A DNA stretch of 32,000 bases, taken from contig NZ_CP042911.1 of the NCBI RefSeq assembly GCF_008065095.1, positions 480,001-512,000 of the forward strand, written 5' to 3'. A program made the translations under genes and the position numbers. The notes under the pieces were generated by a model. The model ran no database searches. It worked only from the letters and a program-made list of their open reading frames with translations, and had not been told where the DNA came from. Origin of the DNA: Gemmata obscuriglobus. GTDB lineage: Bacteria; Planctomycetota; Planctomycetia; Gemmatales; Gemmataceae. Positions 1-8,828 of the stretch are shown here, piece after piece (the first letter of the stretch is position 1; each line of letters opens with the position of its first letter).

Positions 1-291
1 GGCAAGCGAGACCCGAACGGGCTCCACGGCGTGATCTGGCCGCGGCTCGGCGGTGCCCCGTACACGCGACCGGACGACAAGCCGCTGGCGCTCGCCGCGT
101 ATGAGTCCGGCGACGCCGCGGGCAGCCCGCACCGGTGCTACGTTCAGCCGCTGGCGGTCGGCGACCCGCTCCCGGACATGCCCCTGTTCCTGCGGCCGGA
201 CGAGTACGTTTACGCGCCGCTCGAGCGCGCGTACCAAGCGGCTTACGCCGACGTGCTCCCGCAAGACCGTGCGAAGCTGGAACCGCGGTGA
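1..291 (+). CDS. hypothetical protein, C-terminal part of a gene that starts upstream of the window
   Basis: Frame 1 is open from base 1 to the TGA at 289-291. Track ORF 31..291 is its tail. Amino-acid composition is ordinary and no domain was recognised. Confidence 0.45.
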   Translation, partial: GKRDPNGLHGVIWPRLGGAPYTRPDDKPLALAAYESGDAAGSPHRCYVQPLAVGDPLPDMPLFLRPDEYVYAPLERAYQAAYADVLPQDRAKLEPR

Positions 292-478
292 CGGAACGGT
301 CCGCAACTTCGCCCCACCTCCCGAACGTCGCCGGTACGGGAACCGCTTTCGCCTTCGGAGCGTTCCCGGCGGGCGCCTTGTCCGGGCGACCGACGTTCTC
401 GCAACGTCTTCATTTCAGCCGGGTGCCGTGAGACTACAGCGGGAAAAGAGCCTTCCTGGCTCGGGCCGGCCCACCTCA

Positions 479-507
479 TTGACAGGTACCTTGCGTGACA
501 TTATAGT
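479..507 (+). promoter_or_regulatory. sigma70-like promoter of padR: TTGACA, 17-nt spacer, TATAGT
   Basis: TTGACA at 479-484, a 17-nt spacer, then TATAGT at 502-507. The ATG of the PadR gene begins 7 nt after the -10 box, which implies a leaderless or near-leaderless mRNA. Confidence 0.4.
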
Positions 508-513
508 GACCGC

Positions 514-864
514 ATGGACGCGGGCTTTCTGGCCAACTGGACCACGCAAATGCGCAAGGGGCTGCTGGAACTGTGCGTTCTGGCCACCCTCAAAGGCGAC
601 CGGGTGTACGGGTACGACATCGTCAAGCGGCTGTCCGCGGTGGACGGGCTCGTGATCGGCGAGGGGACCATTTACCCGATCCTGAGCCGGTTCAAGAAGG
701 AAGGGCTGGTGGACGCGACGCTGGCCGAGTCGCCCGAGGGGCCGGCGCGCAAGTACTACCGGCTCACCGCCCGCGGCCAGGAGATGCTCGCCCGGATGCT
801 GGCGGCGTGGGCCGAGGTCCGAACCGGTATCGACACGGTGACCGCAACGGAGCCATTGCCATGA
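514..864 (+). CDS. PadR family transcriptional regulator
   Basis: The 116-aa protein carries the typical PadR winged-helix signature (LELCVLATL...YGYDIVKRL....GTIYPILSRFKKEGLV.....RKYYRLTARG). Confidence 0.9.
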   Translation: MDAGFLANWTTQMRKGLLELCVLATLKGDRVYGYDIVKRLSAVDGLVIGEGTIYPILSRFKKEGLVDATLAESPEGPARKYYRLTARGQEMLARMLAAWAEVRTGIDTVTATEPLP

Positions 865-1862
865 CCTTGACGCCGGCCGATCTGGACCTGTCGCCGCCCG
901 CCGCGGCGCGGCTGGAAGAGTACCTCGGGCAGGTGCGCGGGGCGCTGGCCGGGGCGCCGGACGTGAGCGCCGGCGACATCGAGTCCGACCTCCGCGAGCA
1001 CGTCGCGAACGAACTGAGCGCGGCCCCGAAGCCGGTCGCGCTCGCGGCGCTGAGCGCGGTCCTCGAACAACTCGGCCCGCCGGCGCAATGGGGCGCGGCC
1101 CCGGACCCGGCGGCGTTCCACGGGGTCCGGCACCTGCTCCGCGAGCACCTCCGGGGGGCGCGAACCGCCGCCGCGGCGGGCGCCCGGCGGGTCCGGCTCA
1201 CGCTGTGGAGCGGGCCGGAGGACTGGCGCCTCGCGTACCTGTCGTTCGGGGTGCTCGCGGTCGGGCTGGTCACGATGGTCGTGTTCCCGCTGGCGCTGCT
1301 CCTGAGTTACCTGCTCTCGCGCGCCGGGATCGCGCACGCCCGCGAGCGCGGCATCGACCTCGGCGCCGGGCGGAAGTGGCTGCTGTACCCGCCGGTGGTG
1401 CTGGTGAGCGCGACGCTGCTGCTCGCGGCGGTGATGTGGCCGGTCGCCCTCGGGCTGGTGGCCGGCGCGCAGGTCGAACAGGCGCAGTGGCGACTCGCCC
1501 AGTCTTACGAGCCCCACGCGCTCCCGTCGCTGGAGGAGTTGCGGGCACCGCCCTCGGACCGCTGGCTCACGAGCGCGTCGCGGCAACAGAAGGAGGACCG
1601 CAAGTTACTGATGATGATACCCGTCGCGCCGGACCTGGCACAAATCGCGGCGGGGCTGTTCGCCGGGGCCGGTGCTGCCGCGTTCTGGTGGATGGTCCTG
1701 GGCGCGGCGGGCGCGAACTTCCCGGGCGCGGTGCGGGCGACGTTCTTCCCGCTGTGCAACCGGTTCGAGCCCCATCACGGGACCTGGCTCGCGGTCGTGT
1801 GCTTCCTGCTCCTGCTCCCCTGGCTCGCCGCGGCGCGCGAGTTCGTCGCGGCGCTGCTGTGA
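861..1862 (+). CDS. PadR-associated multi-pass membrane protein (DUF1700-like N-terminal helical domain)
   Basis: ATG at 861 overlaps the padR stop (ATGA). The N-terminus (LEEYLGQVRGAL...DIESDLREHVANEL) resembles the DUF1700-type sensor partners of PadR and is followed by several hydrophobic helices. The longer track ORF from 573 overlaps padR out of frame and was trimmed. Confidence 0.7.
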   Translation: MTLTPADLDLSPPAAARLEEYLGQVRGALAGAPDVSAGDIESDLREHVANELSAAPKPVALAALSAVLEQLGPPAQWGAAPDPAAFHGVRHLLREHLRGARTAAAAGARRVRLTLWSGPEDWRLAYLSFGVLAVGLVTMVVFPLALLLSYLLSRAGIAHARERGIDLGAGRKWLLYPPVVLVSATLLLAAVMWPVALGLVAGAQVEQAQWRLAQSYEPHALPSLEELRAPPSDRWLTSASRQQKEDRKLLMMIPVAPDLAQIAAGLFAGAGAAAFWWMVLGAAGANFPGAVRATFFPLCNRFEPHHGTWLAVVCFLLLLPWLAAAREFVAALL

Positions 1863-2139
1863 GCGGCCCCGATCCCGGAGACCAAATCACGCGGCTCAAT
1901 GTCGAGAGCCTGATTCACGGTCCGGCTGGTGGTGCCGGTGCCACAAAGACAAAACTCAAAACGGACACCAACAGCCGGCTTGTGTATGAGAGCCCGCGCC
2001 AACCCGTCCGCGTTCACCCGCACGTCCCGCCCGAGGTGCGGCGGGCGCTCGCCGAAGGAACCACGGCCACGTCCCCGGCATCCGTGGAGGCGCTTGTGAC
2101 CGTCACACCGGCCGCCGATGGCGTTATTGCGCGGCCCTG

Positions 2140-2454
2140 TTGGGTGGCAAGAGGGGGATCGAGAGGCGGAGCGGGGAACCGGTACCGCGAGTTCCTGGCG
2201 GGGCGGCTGTGGAACAGTTGGTGCACTTGGCCGCGTATCCGGCCCCGCACCCGACGCATCTGCATCACGCCGACCGACTGGGGCAAGGGCGAAGCATCGG
2301 CAGCGGGTGCGTCGAAGGGGCCATCAAGCACGTCGTGAACCGGCGGCTCAAGCGCACCGGGGCTCGGTGGAAGGCCGCGCACGTCGGACCGCTGGTCGAA
2401 CTCGGGGGCCTCGTCGAAACGCCCGAATGGAAGGACCTTTGGACCGCCGCGTAG
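2140..2454 (+). pseudogene. C-terminal remnant of an ISKra4-like transposase
   Basis: The tail ...GRSIGSGCVEGAIKHVVNRRLKRTGARWKAAHVGPLVELGGLVETPEWKDLW matches the conserved C-terminus of ISKra4-family transposases (IGSG.VE...K.V...R.K..GM.W). No N-terminal or catalytic part and no inverted repeats are present. Confidence 0.5.
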
Positions 2455-2593
2455 GAAATCGCGTGCCTCAACCGATGTGCCAACATCCACAGACACACCC
2501 TCCCGCGCGTCGCGGTTGACACGGCTTCCGCAGAAGTGGTAGAACCCCCCGTCTGTTGCACCGAAGGACCGACCCCGAACGCAGGAAGCGCTC

Positions 2594-3601
2594 ATGTCGC
2601 AGGTGCTCATCGCACCGCCCGAACCCCGCGTCGCCCGCCCGGCCGTGCCGGACGTGTCGGTGTGCATCGCCAACTGGAATTGCGTCGAACTGCTCCGGCG
2701 CTGCCTTCAGTCGCTGTTCGAACAGGACCAGGGCGCCCGGTTCGAGGTGATTATTGCCGACAACGCGTCCACCGACGGGGCGGCCGACATGGTCGTCGCC
2801 GAGTTCCCGGACGTGGTCCTCATTCGGAACGCCGAGAACTACGGCTTCGCGCGCGCCAGCAACCAGGCCGCCGCGGTCGCGACCGGCCGGTTCCTGTTCT
2901 TCCTGAACAACGACACCCTCGTCCCCGAGCGCACGCTCCGGCGGTTCCTGGACCTCGCGGAGGCGAACCCCGGGGCGGGCATGTTCGGCCCGCGGCTGCG
3001 CGGCGCCGACGGCGAGGTCCAGATCTCGTACCGGCGCCGCCCCACGCTCGCCGCGCTGCTGCACCGGATCACGCTGTTGCGCTGGACCGGGCTGTTCCGC
3101 CGCGCGTACTACGAGTACCGCCGCGACACGTTCGACCCGATGACCGCGCGCGAGGTCGAGGTGCTGATGGGGGCCGCGGTGTTCCTGTCCCGCACGGTGT
3201 TCGACCGGGTCGGGCGGTGGGACGAGGCCTACTGGTTCGGGGTCGAGGACATCGACCTGTCCACGCAGGTGAGCCGGTTCGGGCCGGTGCTGTACGCCGC
3301 GAGCGTGGAGGTCGTCCACTACGGGCGCGCGGCGGGCCGCACCAACATCAACTTCGCGGCCCCGAACGTGGCGATCGGCTACGTGCACTACTTCCGCAAG
3401 TGCGGCGCCGGCCCGCTCGCGCTCTTCGCGTACAAGGCCCTGGTGACCGTCGACGCCCCGCTTCAACTCACCCAGAAGCTCGTCGAGGCGGTCTGGCGGC
3501 GGGCGACCGGGCAGCGGGCGAAGGCGCACAACAGCTTGGTCGCGGCCCGCGGGCTGTGGGCGTTCCTGCGCCGCGAGCTGCTCCGTTTTTGGAAGGCGTG
3601 A
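2594..3601 (+). CDS. family 2 glycosyltransferase
   Basis: GT2 motifs are present: VSVCIANWNC...L.SL..Q, ADNASTDG, NYGFARASNQ, FLNNDT. Confidence 0.9.
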   Translation: MSQVLIAPPEPRVARPAVPDVSVCIANWNCVELLRRCLQSLFEQDQGARFEVIIADNASTDGAADMVVAEFPDVVLIRNAENYGFARASNQAAAVATGRFLFFLNNDTLVPERTLRRFLDLAEANPGAGMFGPRLRGADGEVQISYRRRPTLAALLHRITLLRWTGLFRRAYYEYRRDTFDPMTAREVEVLMGAAVFLSRTVFDRVGRWDEAYWFGVEDIDLSTQVSRFGPVLYAASVEVVHYGRAAGRTNINFAAPNVAIGYVHYFRKCGAGPLALFAYKALVTVDAPLQLTQKLVEAVWRRATGQRAKAHNSLVAARGLWAFLRRELLRFWKA

Positions 3602-3602
3602 C

Positions 3603-4454
3603 ATGCGTACCCGCGACCTGCTGCGGTTCGTCCCCGGGCTGTCGAAGCTCGCCCACGCGCTGACCGCCCGGGAGCGGGAGAACCGGTTACTCACCGAAGA
3701 GTGCTGGCGGCTCGCGGGCGAGAACCACCGGCTGAAGGCCCGCGCCGGCAACCGCCGCCCGGGCCACACCGAACCGGGCGCGGCGCCCCCGCTCCCGCCC
3801 GAGGTGCTGCGGCTGATGGTCGCGGGGACCGGCGACGCGGATTGGTTCCTCACCGCCGGGAAACTCGCCGCCGACGCGCTCGCGGCGCTGCTGGCGCGCA
3901 ACGGCGTGGCGCTTGGGGACTGCGAGGCGGTGCTCGACTTCGGGTGCGGGTGCGGGCGCGTGCTCCGGCACCTGACGCACCTGCCCGCGGCGCTGCACGG
4001 GTGCGACTCGAACCCGGTGGGCGTGGAGTGGTGCGCGGAGCACCTCCCGACCGCCCGGTTCGCGGTGAACGCGCTGGAATCGGCGCTCGACTACGACGCC
4101 GGCTCGTTCGATGTCGCCTACGCGTTCTCGGTGCTGACGCACCTGCCGCAGCCGCTTCAGTTCCACTGGATGCGCGAGCTGCGCCGCGTGCTGAAGCCGG
4201 GCGGGGTGCTGGTGCTCTCGCTGCACGGCGACGCGCTGGTCGGGAAGTTGAACCGGGCCGAACGCGCCGACTACCGGGCGGGGCGGCTGGTGGTGCGCTC
4301 CGGGGAACTGGCGGGAACGAACCACTGCGCCGTGTTCCACCCGCCGGCGTTCGTGCGCGGGGTGCTGGCCGACGGGTTCGAGGTGCTGGAACACGCCCGC
4401 GAGGGCGCGAAGGGGAACCCGCCGCAAGACGCGTGGGTGCTACGCCGGAAGTGA
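3603..4454 (+). CDS. class I SAM-dependent methyltransferase
   Basis: Motif I VLDFGCGCGRVL and post-I/II elements (LKPGGVLVLSLHG) are present. The ATG lies 1 nt after the GT2 stop, so the two genes are probably co-transcribed. Confidence 0.85.
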   Translation: MRTRDLLRFVPGLSKLAHALTARERENRLLTEECWRLAGENHRLKARAGNRRPGHTEPGAAPPLPPEVLRLMVAGTGDADWFLTAGKLAADALAALLARNGVALGDCEAVLDFGCGCGRVLRHLTHLPAALHGCDSNPVGVEWCAEHLPTARFAVNALESALDYDAGSFDVAYAFSVLTHLPQPLQFHWMRELRRVLKPGGVLVLSLHGDALVGKLNRAERADYRAGRLVVRSGELAGTNHCAVFHPPAFVRGVLADGFEVLEHAREGAKGNPPQDAWVLRRK

Positions 4455-4556
4455 CGGCCGGAAATCGGGCCGAGAGCGGTAAAGATGGGCGGCCGGCGGG
4501 CGTATAACTCGGTGCCCGGCCGCACCGGCCGGCTCACGACCCCCGGGGCGGTCCCG

Positions 4557-4826
4557 ATGGCGCCGTTACTGCGAATTCTCTGCACGCTCTTGCTCGGGCT
4601 GCTCCTGGCGGCCGCGCCGGCACCGGCGTTCGGCGGCGAGTCCGACGGTGCCGAGCCGCAAGAGGTGACCCGGCCGGACGCGCCGGCCGTTTCGGCGGCC
4701 GTGCGTCACGTCGCGCGGCCCCGTGCGATCGTCCCGCTCCCCCTCCTCACGGTACGGCCGCCGGCCGACCGATCCGATAACGAACCCGTCCGTACACACG
4801 CCCGCCACTGCGTCTGGCGCGAGTAG
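4557..4826 (+). CDS. small hypothetical secreted protein (weak call)
   Basis: An internal Met of track ORF 4485..4826 gives a signal-peptide-like N-terminus (MAPLLRILCTLLLGLLLAAAPAPAFG). There is no homology support. Confidence 0.3.
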   Translation: MAPLLRILCTLLLGLLLAAAPAPAFGGESDGAEPQEVTRPDAPAVSAAVRHVARPRAIVPLPLLTVRPPADRSDNEPVRTHARHCVWRE

Positions 4827-5123
4827 CGTTCGCCCCCACCCCCGCTCTATTCGTTATGACCCGAACTCTTACCCGCGCACCGCCGGCGCGTGTCGCGCTG
4901 GTGTGCGCCCCACACCAGGAACAATACCCATGCGCAAATACGACCGCCGCTACGTTAACCGAATGACGCGATCCGATGCCGCCCGGTCGCTCCTGCCGAA
5001 CCCGCTCACCCGGGTCGAGTTGCCGCCGGCGCCCCCACAAACGCGTGTGTCGGGCGTCACAGGGCCGCTCAACACGAGCCACCCGCCCGGCGCCGGTTCG
5101 ACCCCCGCTCGCTGAGCCCGGCG

Positions 5124-5951
5124 TCACGGGGCTCCTGCACCGGTCCCCGCCGGTTCGGGAGCCCCGCCGACCGTCGGGCCGCGCCCCGGAGCCGCGGCCC
5201 ACGCCGCGAGGTAAGCCCCCAACACCGGGGCTTCGGCGACTTTCGTGCTAAGAAGCGCCTTCGCGCCGGCGACCAGCGCGGCCTCTTGGTCGGAGGTGAT
5301 GTCGCCGGTCATCACGCGGGTGCGGAGGAACACGAAGTAGGTGTCGAGGGCGTCGCACAGGCACCGGTCGTTGATCTCGGCGATTCCGCCGGCCGGAACC
5401 GAGAACAGGCGCCCCGGCGTACCGATCAGCTTCGCCAGCACGTCGAGCCCGCCGGCCAGTTTGTACGCGCCGGAGTTGGTGAGCCAGTCCGACAGGTCGA
5501 TCGGCCCCCGGTACCGGTCGCGCGCGAGGTAGTAGTCGCGGGCCTGGATTCCGTACCGGAACGCCGCCAACTCCAACAGGGGCAAATCGAACGCCCGGCC
5601 GTTGAACGTGACGAGCCTGGCGTTGTAATGCGTCACCCCGAACCAGAACTGGTTCACGATCTCCCGCGGCCGGAAGTGCGGCGCGTCGAGACACTTGAAG
5701 TTGAGCAGGGTGAAATCCGGGGCCACCCGGAGCACGCACACCGCAACCGGCGCCTGGAAGCTCACCGGGATGGGTTCGTTCGCTTCCTGGGCGCGCCGGA
5801 GGGCGTCTTCGGGCGCGAGGTCTTCGCCGGGGTGCCGTACCGACGCGAGCAGTTTCCCGTCGGGCACGCTCGCCCCGGCTATCACCAGGAACGCCGTGCG
5901 CGTGCCTGCTTCCGGGACCGTCGGGCGCAGGTTGGTTTCGGCCAGCGTCAT
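5124..5951 (-). CDS. PolB-exonuclease-like protein (COG3298 / DNA_pol_B_exo2 family), probably catalytically inactive
   Basis: Family motifs are present: LVTFNGRAFDLPLLELAAFRYG, LDVLAKLIGTPGRL, CLCDALDTYFVFLRTRVMTGDIT. The start was set at ATG 5951 (MTLAE), preceded by GAGGTG. The ExoI DxE position reads IAGAS. Confidence 0.8.
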   Translation of the reverse strand: MTLAETNLRPTVPEAGTRTAFLVIAGASVPDGKLLASVRHPGEDLAPEDALRRAQEANEPIPVSFQAPVAVCVLRVAPDFTLLNFKCLDAPHFRPREIVNQFWFGVTHYNARLVTFNGRAFDLPLLELAAFRYGIQARDYYLARDRYRGPIDLSDWLTNSGAYKLAGGLDVLAKLIGTPGRLFSVPAGGIAEINDRCLCDALDTYFVFLRTRVMTGDITSDQEAALVAGAKALLSTKVAEAPVLGAYLAAWAAAPGRGPTVGGAPEPAGTGAGAP

Positions 5952-6032
5952 AATGGTCACACCTCGACAGCAGTTCACATTGTACTGTCGTCCGAATCGG
6001 CGGACCGGTCAACGCGCCGGGGTGTAAAGGGG

Positions 6033-6078
6033 GCCGGCACTTTCGGTACGCGCGGCGGCGCGTGCCGAAAGTGCCGGC
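6033..6078. repeat. 46-nt near-perfect palindrome (21-bp arms, 4-nt centre)
   Basis: GCCGGCACTTTCGGTACGCGC-GGCG-GCGCGTGCCGAAAGTGCCGGC, with a single T/G mismatch (6047/6064). It lies in the divergent intergenic region between the exonuclease-like gene and the GT9 gene. Confidence 0.85.
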
Positions 6079-6194
6079 GGTGCAAGCTATGCTGGTAGTG
6101 CGGGGCGGGATTCGGTCTTGCCCGCCACGCACCACGTGGGCACACTACCGCGCCCGTACCCCCTGAGCAGTGGCCGTTTAAGGAAAGGCCCGCC

Positions 6195-7259
6195 ATGACG
6201 CTGGACCAGATCAACGCGCGGCGGATCGCGATCATCAAACCCAGCGCACTGGGCGACATCGTTCACGCGCTTCCGGTTTTAACGGCCCTCCGCAGCCGGT
6301 TCCCGGCGGCGCGCATCACCTGGGTCGTGAACGCGAGTCTCGAGCCGCTCATCGCCGGCCACCCGGACCTGACCGACACGCTCCCGTTCGATCGGGGGGC
6401 GTTCAAGGGGCTCCGCGGCGGGCTCGCGGCCGCGTGGGGCTTCGCCGCGGAACTCCGCCGCCGGCAGTTCGACCTCGTTATCGACATGCAGGGGCTGTTC
6501 CGCAGCGGGCTGATGGCGCTGTCGAGCGGCGCCCCGCACCGGGTCGGGTTCCGCAACGCCCGCGAGGGCAGCCGGTACGCGTACACGCACAAGCTGGCCG
6601 CGCCCGCGCGCACGGAGGGGCACGCGGTCGATCGCATGTGGGCCGTCGCGGAGGCGTTCGGCGTCGGGCACCTGCCGAAAACGTTCCGCGTGCCGGTGCG
6701 GACGGACGAGCGGATAACGGCGCGGGCGGAACTGATGACGCTCCCGCGCCCGTGGGTGGCGGTCGCGGTGGGGGCGAAGTGGGTCACGAAGCGCTGGCCC
6801 CCCCCGCACTTCGCGGAACTGCTGAACCGGGCGCAGTCGCGTTTCGGCGGTTCCGCGGTTTTTGTGGGCGGGCACGAGGACACGCCGGCCGCGCGCGAGG
6901 TGATCGCCGGCCTGCGCGGCCCCGCGCTCGACCTCACCGGCCGGACCTCGCTCCCGCGCCTGTCGGCCGCGCTGTCATTGGCCGATGTGATGGTCGGCAA
7001 CGACACGGGGCCGCTGCACCTCGCGGCGGCGCTGGGCGTACCGTGCGTGGCGCCGTACCTCTGCACCAAGGTGGCGTCCCACGGGCCGTACACGCAAGCC
7101 GCCAACTGCGTCGAAACGGCGGTGGCGTGCGGCGGGAGCTACATCAAGAAGTGCCCGAACATGGTCTGCCTGCCGGACCTGACCGCGGACCGGCTGTGGC
7201 CCAAACTGGCAGAGGTTCTCGACACATGGCAGCACGCGCGCAGCTCCCGTTCCGCCTGA
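6195..7259 (+). CDS. family 9 glycosyltransferase (ADP-heptose:LPS heptosyltransferase-like)
   Basis: N-terminal RIAIIKPSALGDIVHALPVLTALR and C-terminal MVGNDTGPLHLAAALGVP are hallmark GT9 motifs. Confidence 0.9.
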   Translation: MTLDQINARRIAIIKPSALGDIVHALPVLTALRSRFPAARITWVVNASLEPLIAGHPDLTDTLPFDRGAFKGLRGGLAAAWGFAAELRRRQFDLVIDMQGLFRSGLMALSSGAPHRVGFRNAREGSRYAYTHKLAAPARTEGHAVDRMWAVAEAFGVGHLPKTFRVPVRTDERITARAELMTLPRPWVAVAVGAKWVTKRWPPPHFAELLNRAQSRFGGSAVFVGGHEDTPAAREVIAGLRGPALDLTGRTSLPRLSAALSLADVMVGNDTGPLHLAAALGVPCVAPYLCTKVASHGPYTQAANCVETAVACGGSYIKKCPNMVCLPDLTADRLWPKLAEVLDTWQHARSSRSA

Positions 7260-7822
7260 TCCTCGCGAGCGGCTCGTGGGGCCGCCGCTGGCTCATGGAG
7301 CAAGCCGGGTACCCGTTCGAGGTGAAGCCGTCCAACATCGACGAGCCCACGGAAGCCCGGCTGGGCGACTGCCGGCACTACGTCGGCGAACTCGCGTGGC
7401 TCAAGGCCGAAGCGGTCGCGCTGAAAGAACCCGACGGGCTCGTCATCGCCGCCGACACGGTGGGCTGGCTGAACGGGAAAGTCGTGGGCAAGCCCGAAGA
7501 CGAGGCGGACGCGCGGCGCATCATCAAATCCCTGTCGGGCACCGTTCACGAACTCTGGACCGGGGTGTGCTTGTGGCACCGCCCGTCGGACTTTCAGTTC
7601 TGCTGGCAGGAGCGCAGCCTCGTCCGCATGGCCCAGCTCTCGGACGCCGAAATCGACGCCTACCTGAAGACGCGCAAGTGGGAAGGGTGCAGCGGCGCGT
7701 ACTCGATCGAGTTCCCGCACGACCCTTACCTGACGATCGAAACCGGGAGCGCGAGCAACGTCGTCGGGCTCCCGATGGAGTCGCTGGAGAAGGCGCTGGG
7801 GTGGATGGCCAAAATGATGTGA
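7226..7822 (+). CDS. maf: Maf family nucleoside-triphosphate pyrophosphatase
   Basis: Motifs LILASGS...R..L, DTVV-like ADTVGWLNGKVVGKP, GAYSIE and SNVVGLP are present. ATG 7226 lies inside the tail of the GT9 gene, a 34-nt overlap. Confidence 0.9.
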   Translation: MAARAQLPFRLILASGSWGRRWLMEQAGYPFEVKPSNIDEPTEARLGDCRHYVGELAWLKAEAVALKEPDGLVIAADTVGWLNGKVVGKPEDEADARRIIKSLSGTVHELWTGVCLWHRPSDFQFCWQERSLVRMAQLSDAEIDAYLKTRKWEGCSGAYSIEFPHDPYLTIETGSASNVVGLPMESLEKALGWMAKMM

Positions 7823-7831
7823 GGTGCGCCC

Positions 7832-8425
7832 GTGGCCGGTCCGGAAAAACAGTTGCGTGACTTGTTCCGTCGTGTCTTCGGCCCGCCCGAACCTCCACCG
7901 CCGATGGCGGAACTGGTCGGCCGTCTCGATGCCTGGCTCGCACGAAATCGTGCCGACTATTACGCCCGCCTTCGCCCGGGTCTGTCTCATGCGGCGTGGC
8001 TCGACTTCGAATCTCAACTGGGTGTGAAGCTGCCGGACGCTTTTCGTGTGCTGTACCAGTGGCGAGACGGTCAGGGTGACACGTTCGACAGCTTTCACGG
8101 CAATCGACAATGGATGCCCGCGGAAGACATCGGGCGCGTCAAAACGCTGATGGACGGTATGATCGGATATGACTTCGAGCCGGGCTGGTGGGACCCGAAC
8201 TGGGTGCCGTTTTTGGAGAACGGGGCCGGGAGCTATCTGTGCGTGGATGTGGCCGGTCCGGAACCTGGGCGGTTGGTCGAGTTCTGGAACCGCGATCACG
8301 ATCGTCCCGAGATCGCCCCAAGTCTCGAGTGGTGGACGTACAAGTTCGTCACGTCTCTCGAACGTGATCGTTGGGAGCGCACAAAGGTTGGTTTCGAGTG
8401 CGTCGAGGCAAGAGACGGCGAATAG
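7832..8425 (+). CDS. SMI1/KNR4 (SUKH-1) family protein
   Basis: LPDAFRVLYQWRDGQ...., WVPFLENGAGSYLCVDV and LVEFWNRDHD are typical of SMI1_KNR4. The start is either GTG 7832 or ATG 7904. Confidence 0.8.
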   Translation: MAGPEKQLRDLFRRVFGPPEPPPPMAELVGRLDAWLARNRADYYARLRPGLSHAAWLDFESQLGVKLPDAFRVLYQWRDGQGDTFDSFHGNRQWMPAEDIGRVKTLMDGMIGYDFEPGWWDPNWVPFLENGAGSYLCVDVAGPEPGRLVEFWNRDHDRPEIAPSLEWWTYKFVTSLERDRWERTKVGFECVEARDGE

Positions 8426-8540
8426 TTAAACTCGAACCACTGTCGCGTTTGCCGAAGTACACCCACTGAGACCGGTATAGTGGACCCCGAAAACTGGACC
8501 GCCGGTTAAGCTATACCGGAGGCCCAGGAAAGGGGAACCC

Positions 8541-8828
8541 ATGGCGGGCAAGCGGAAGAGTCACTCGGCGGCGTTCAAGGCCCAGGTCGCGCTGGCGGCC
8601 CTCAAGGGCGACAAGACCATCAACGAACTGGCGAGTCAGCACGGCGTCCACCCGACCCTGATTCATGGGTGGAAGAAGCAGTTGCTCACCGGGGCCGAGG
8701 CCGTGTTCGCCTCGGGGGCGAAGGGCACCGGCCCCCCGGAAGACAAGACGACCGAGTTGTACGAGCAGATCGGCCGCCTCAAGGTGGAACTCGACTGGGT
8801 GAAAAAAAAATCGGCCGCCCTCGGCTGA
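8541..8828 (+). CDS. IS3 family transposase OrfA (HTH)
   Basis: MAGKRKSHSAAFKAQVALAALKGDKTINELASQHGVHPTLIHGWKKQL is the classic IS3 OrfA N-terminus. It ends just after the A9 tract at 8802-8810. Confidence 0.9.
   Translation: MAGKRKSHSAAFKAQVALAALKGDKTINELASQHGVHPTLIHGWKKQLLTGAEAVFASGAKGTGPPEDKTTELYEQIGRLKVELDWVKKKSAALG

Noticed and set aside
573-860. N-terminal 96 codons of track ORF 573..1862
   Set aside because: This stretch overlaps padR in another frame with Arg-rich composition. The internal ATG at 861, which overlaps the padR stop, gives a sensible DUF1700-like N-terminus.
2468-3901. 477-aa minus-strand ORF
   Set aside because: It is antisense to the GT2 and methyltransferase genes, which have clear family motifs. 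It has low-complexity Arg/Pro composition.
4723-5115. 130-aa plus-strand ORF and an internal 62-aa Met-initiated version (ATG 4930)
   Set aside because: It has Pro/Arg/Ser-rich composition, no ribosome-binding context and no homology. The 4830-5123 interval is left unannotated.
7139-8299. 386-aa minus-strand ORF
   Set aside because: It is antisense to the Maf and SMI1/KNR4 genes, both of which have family motifs.
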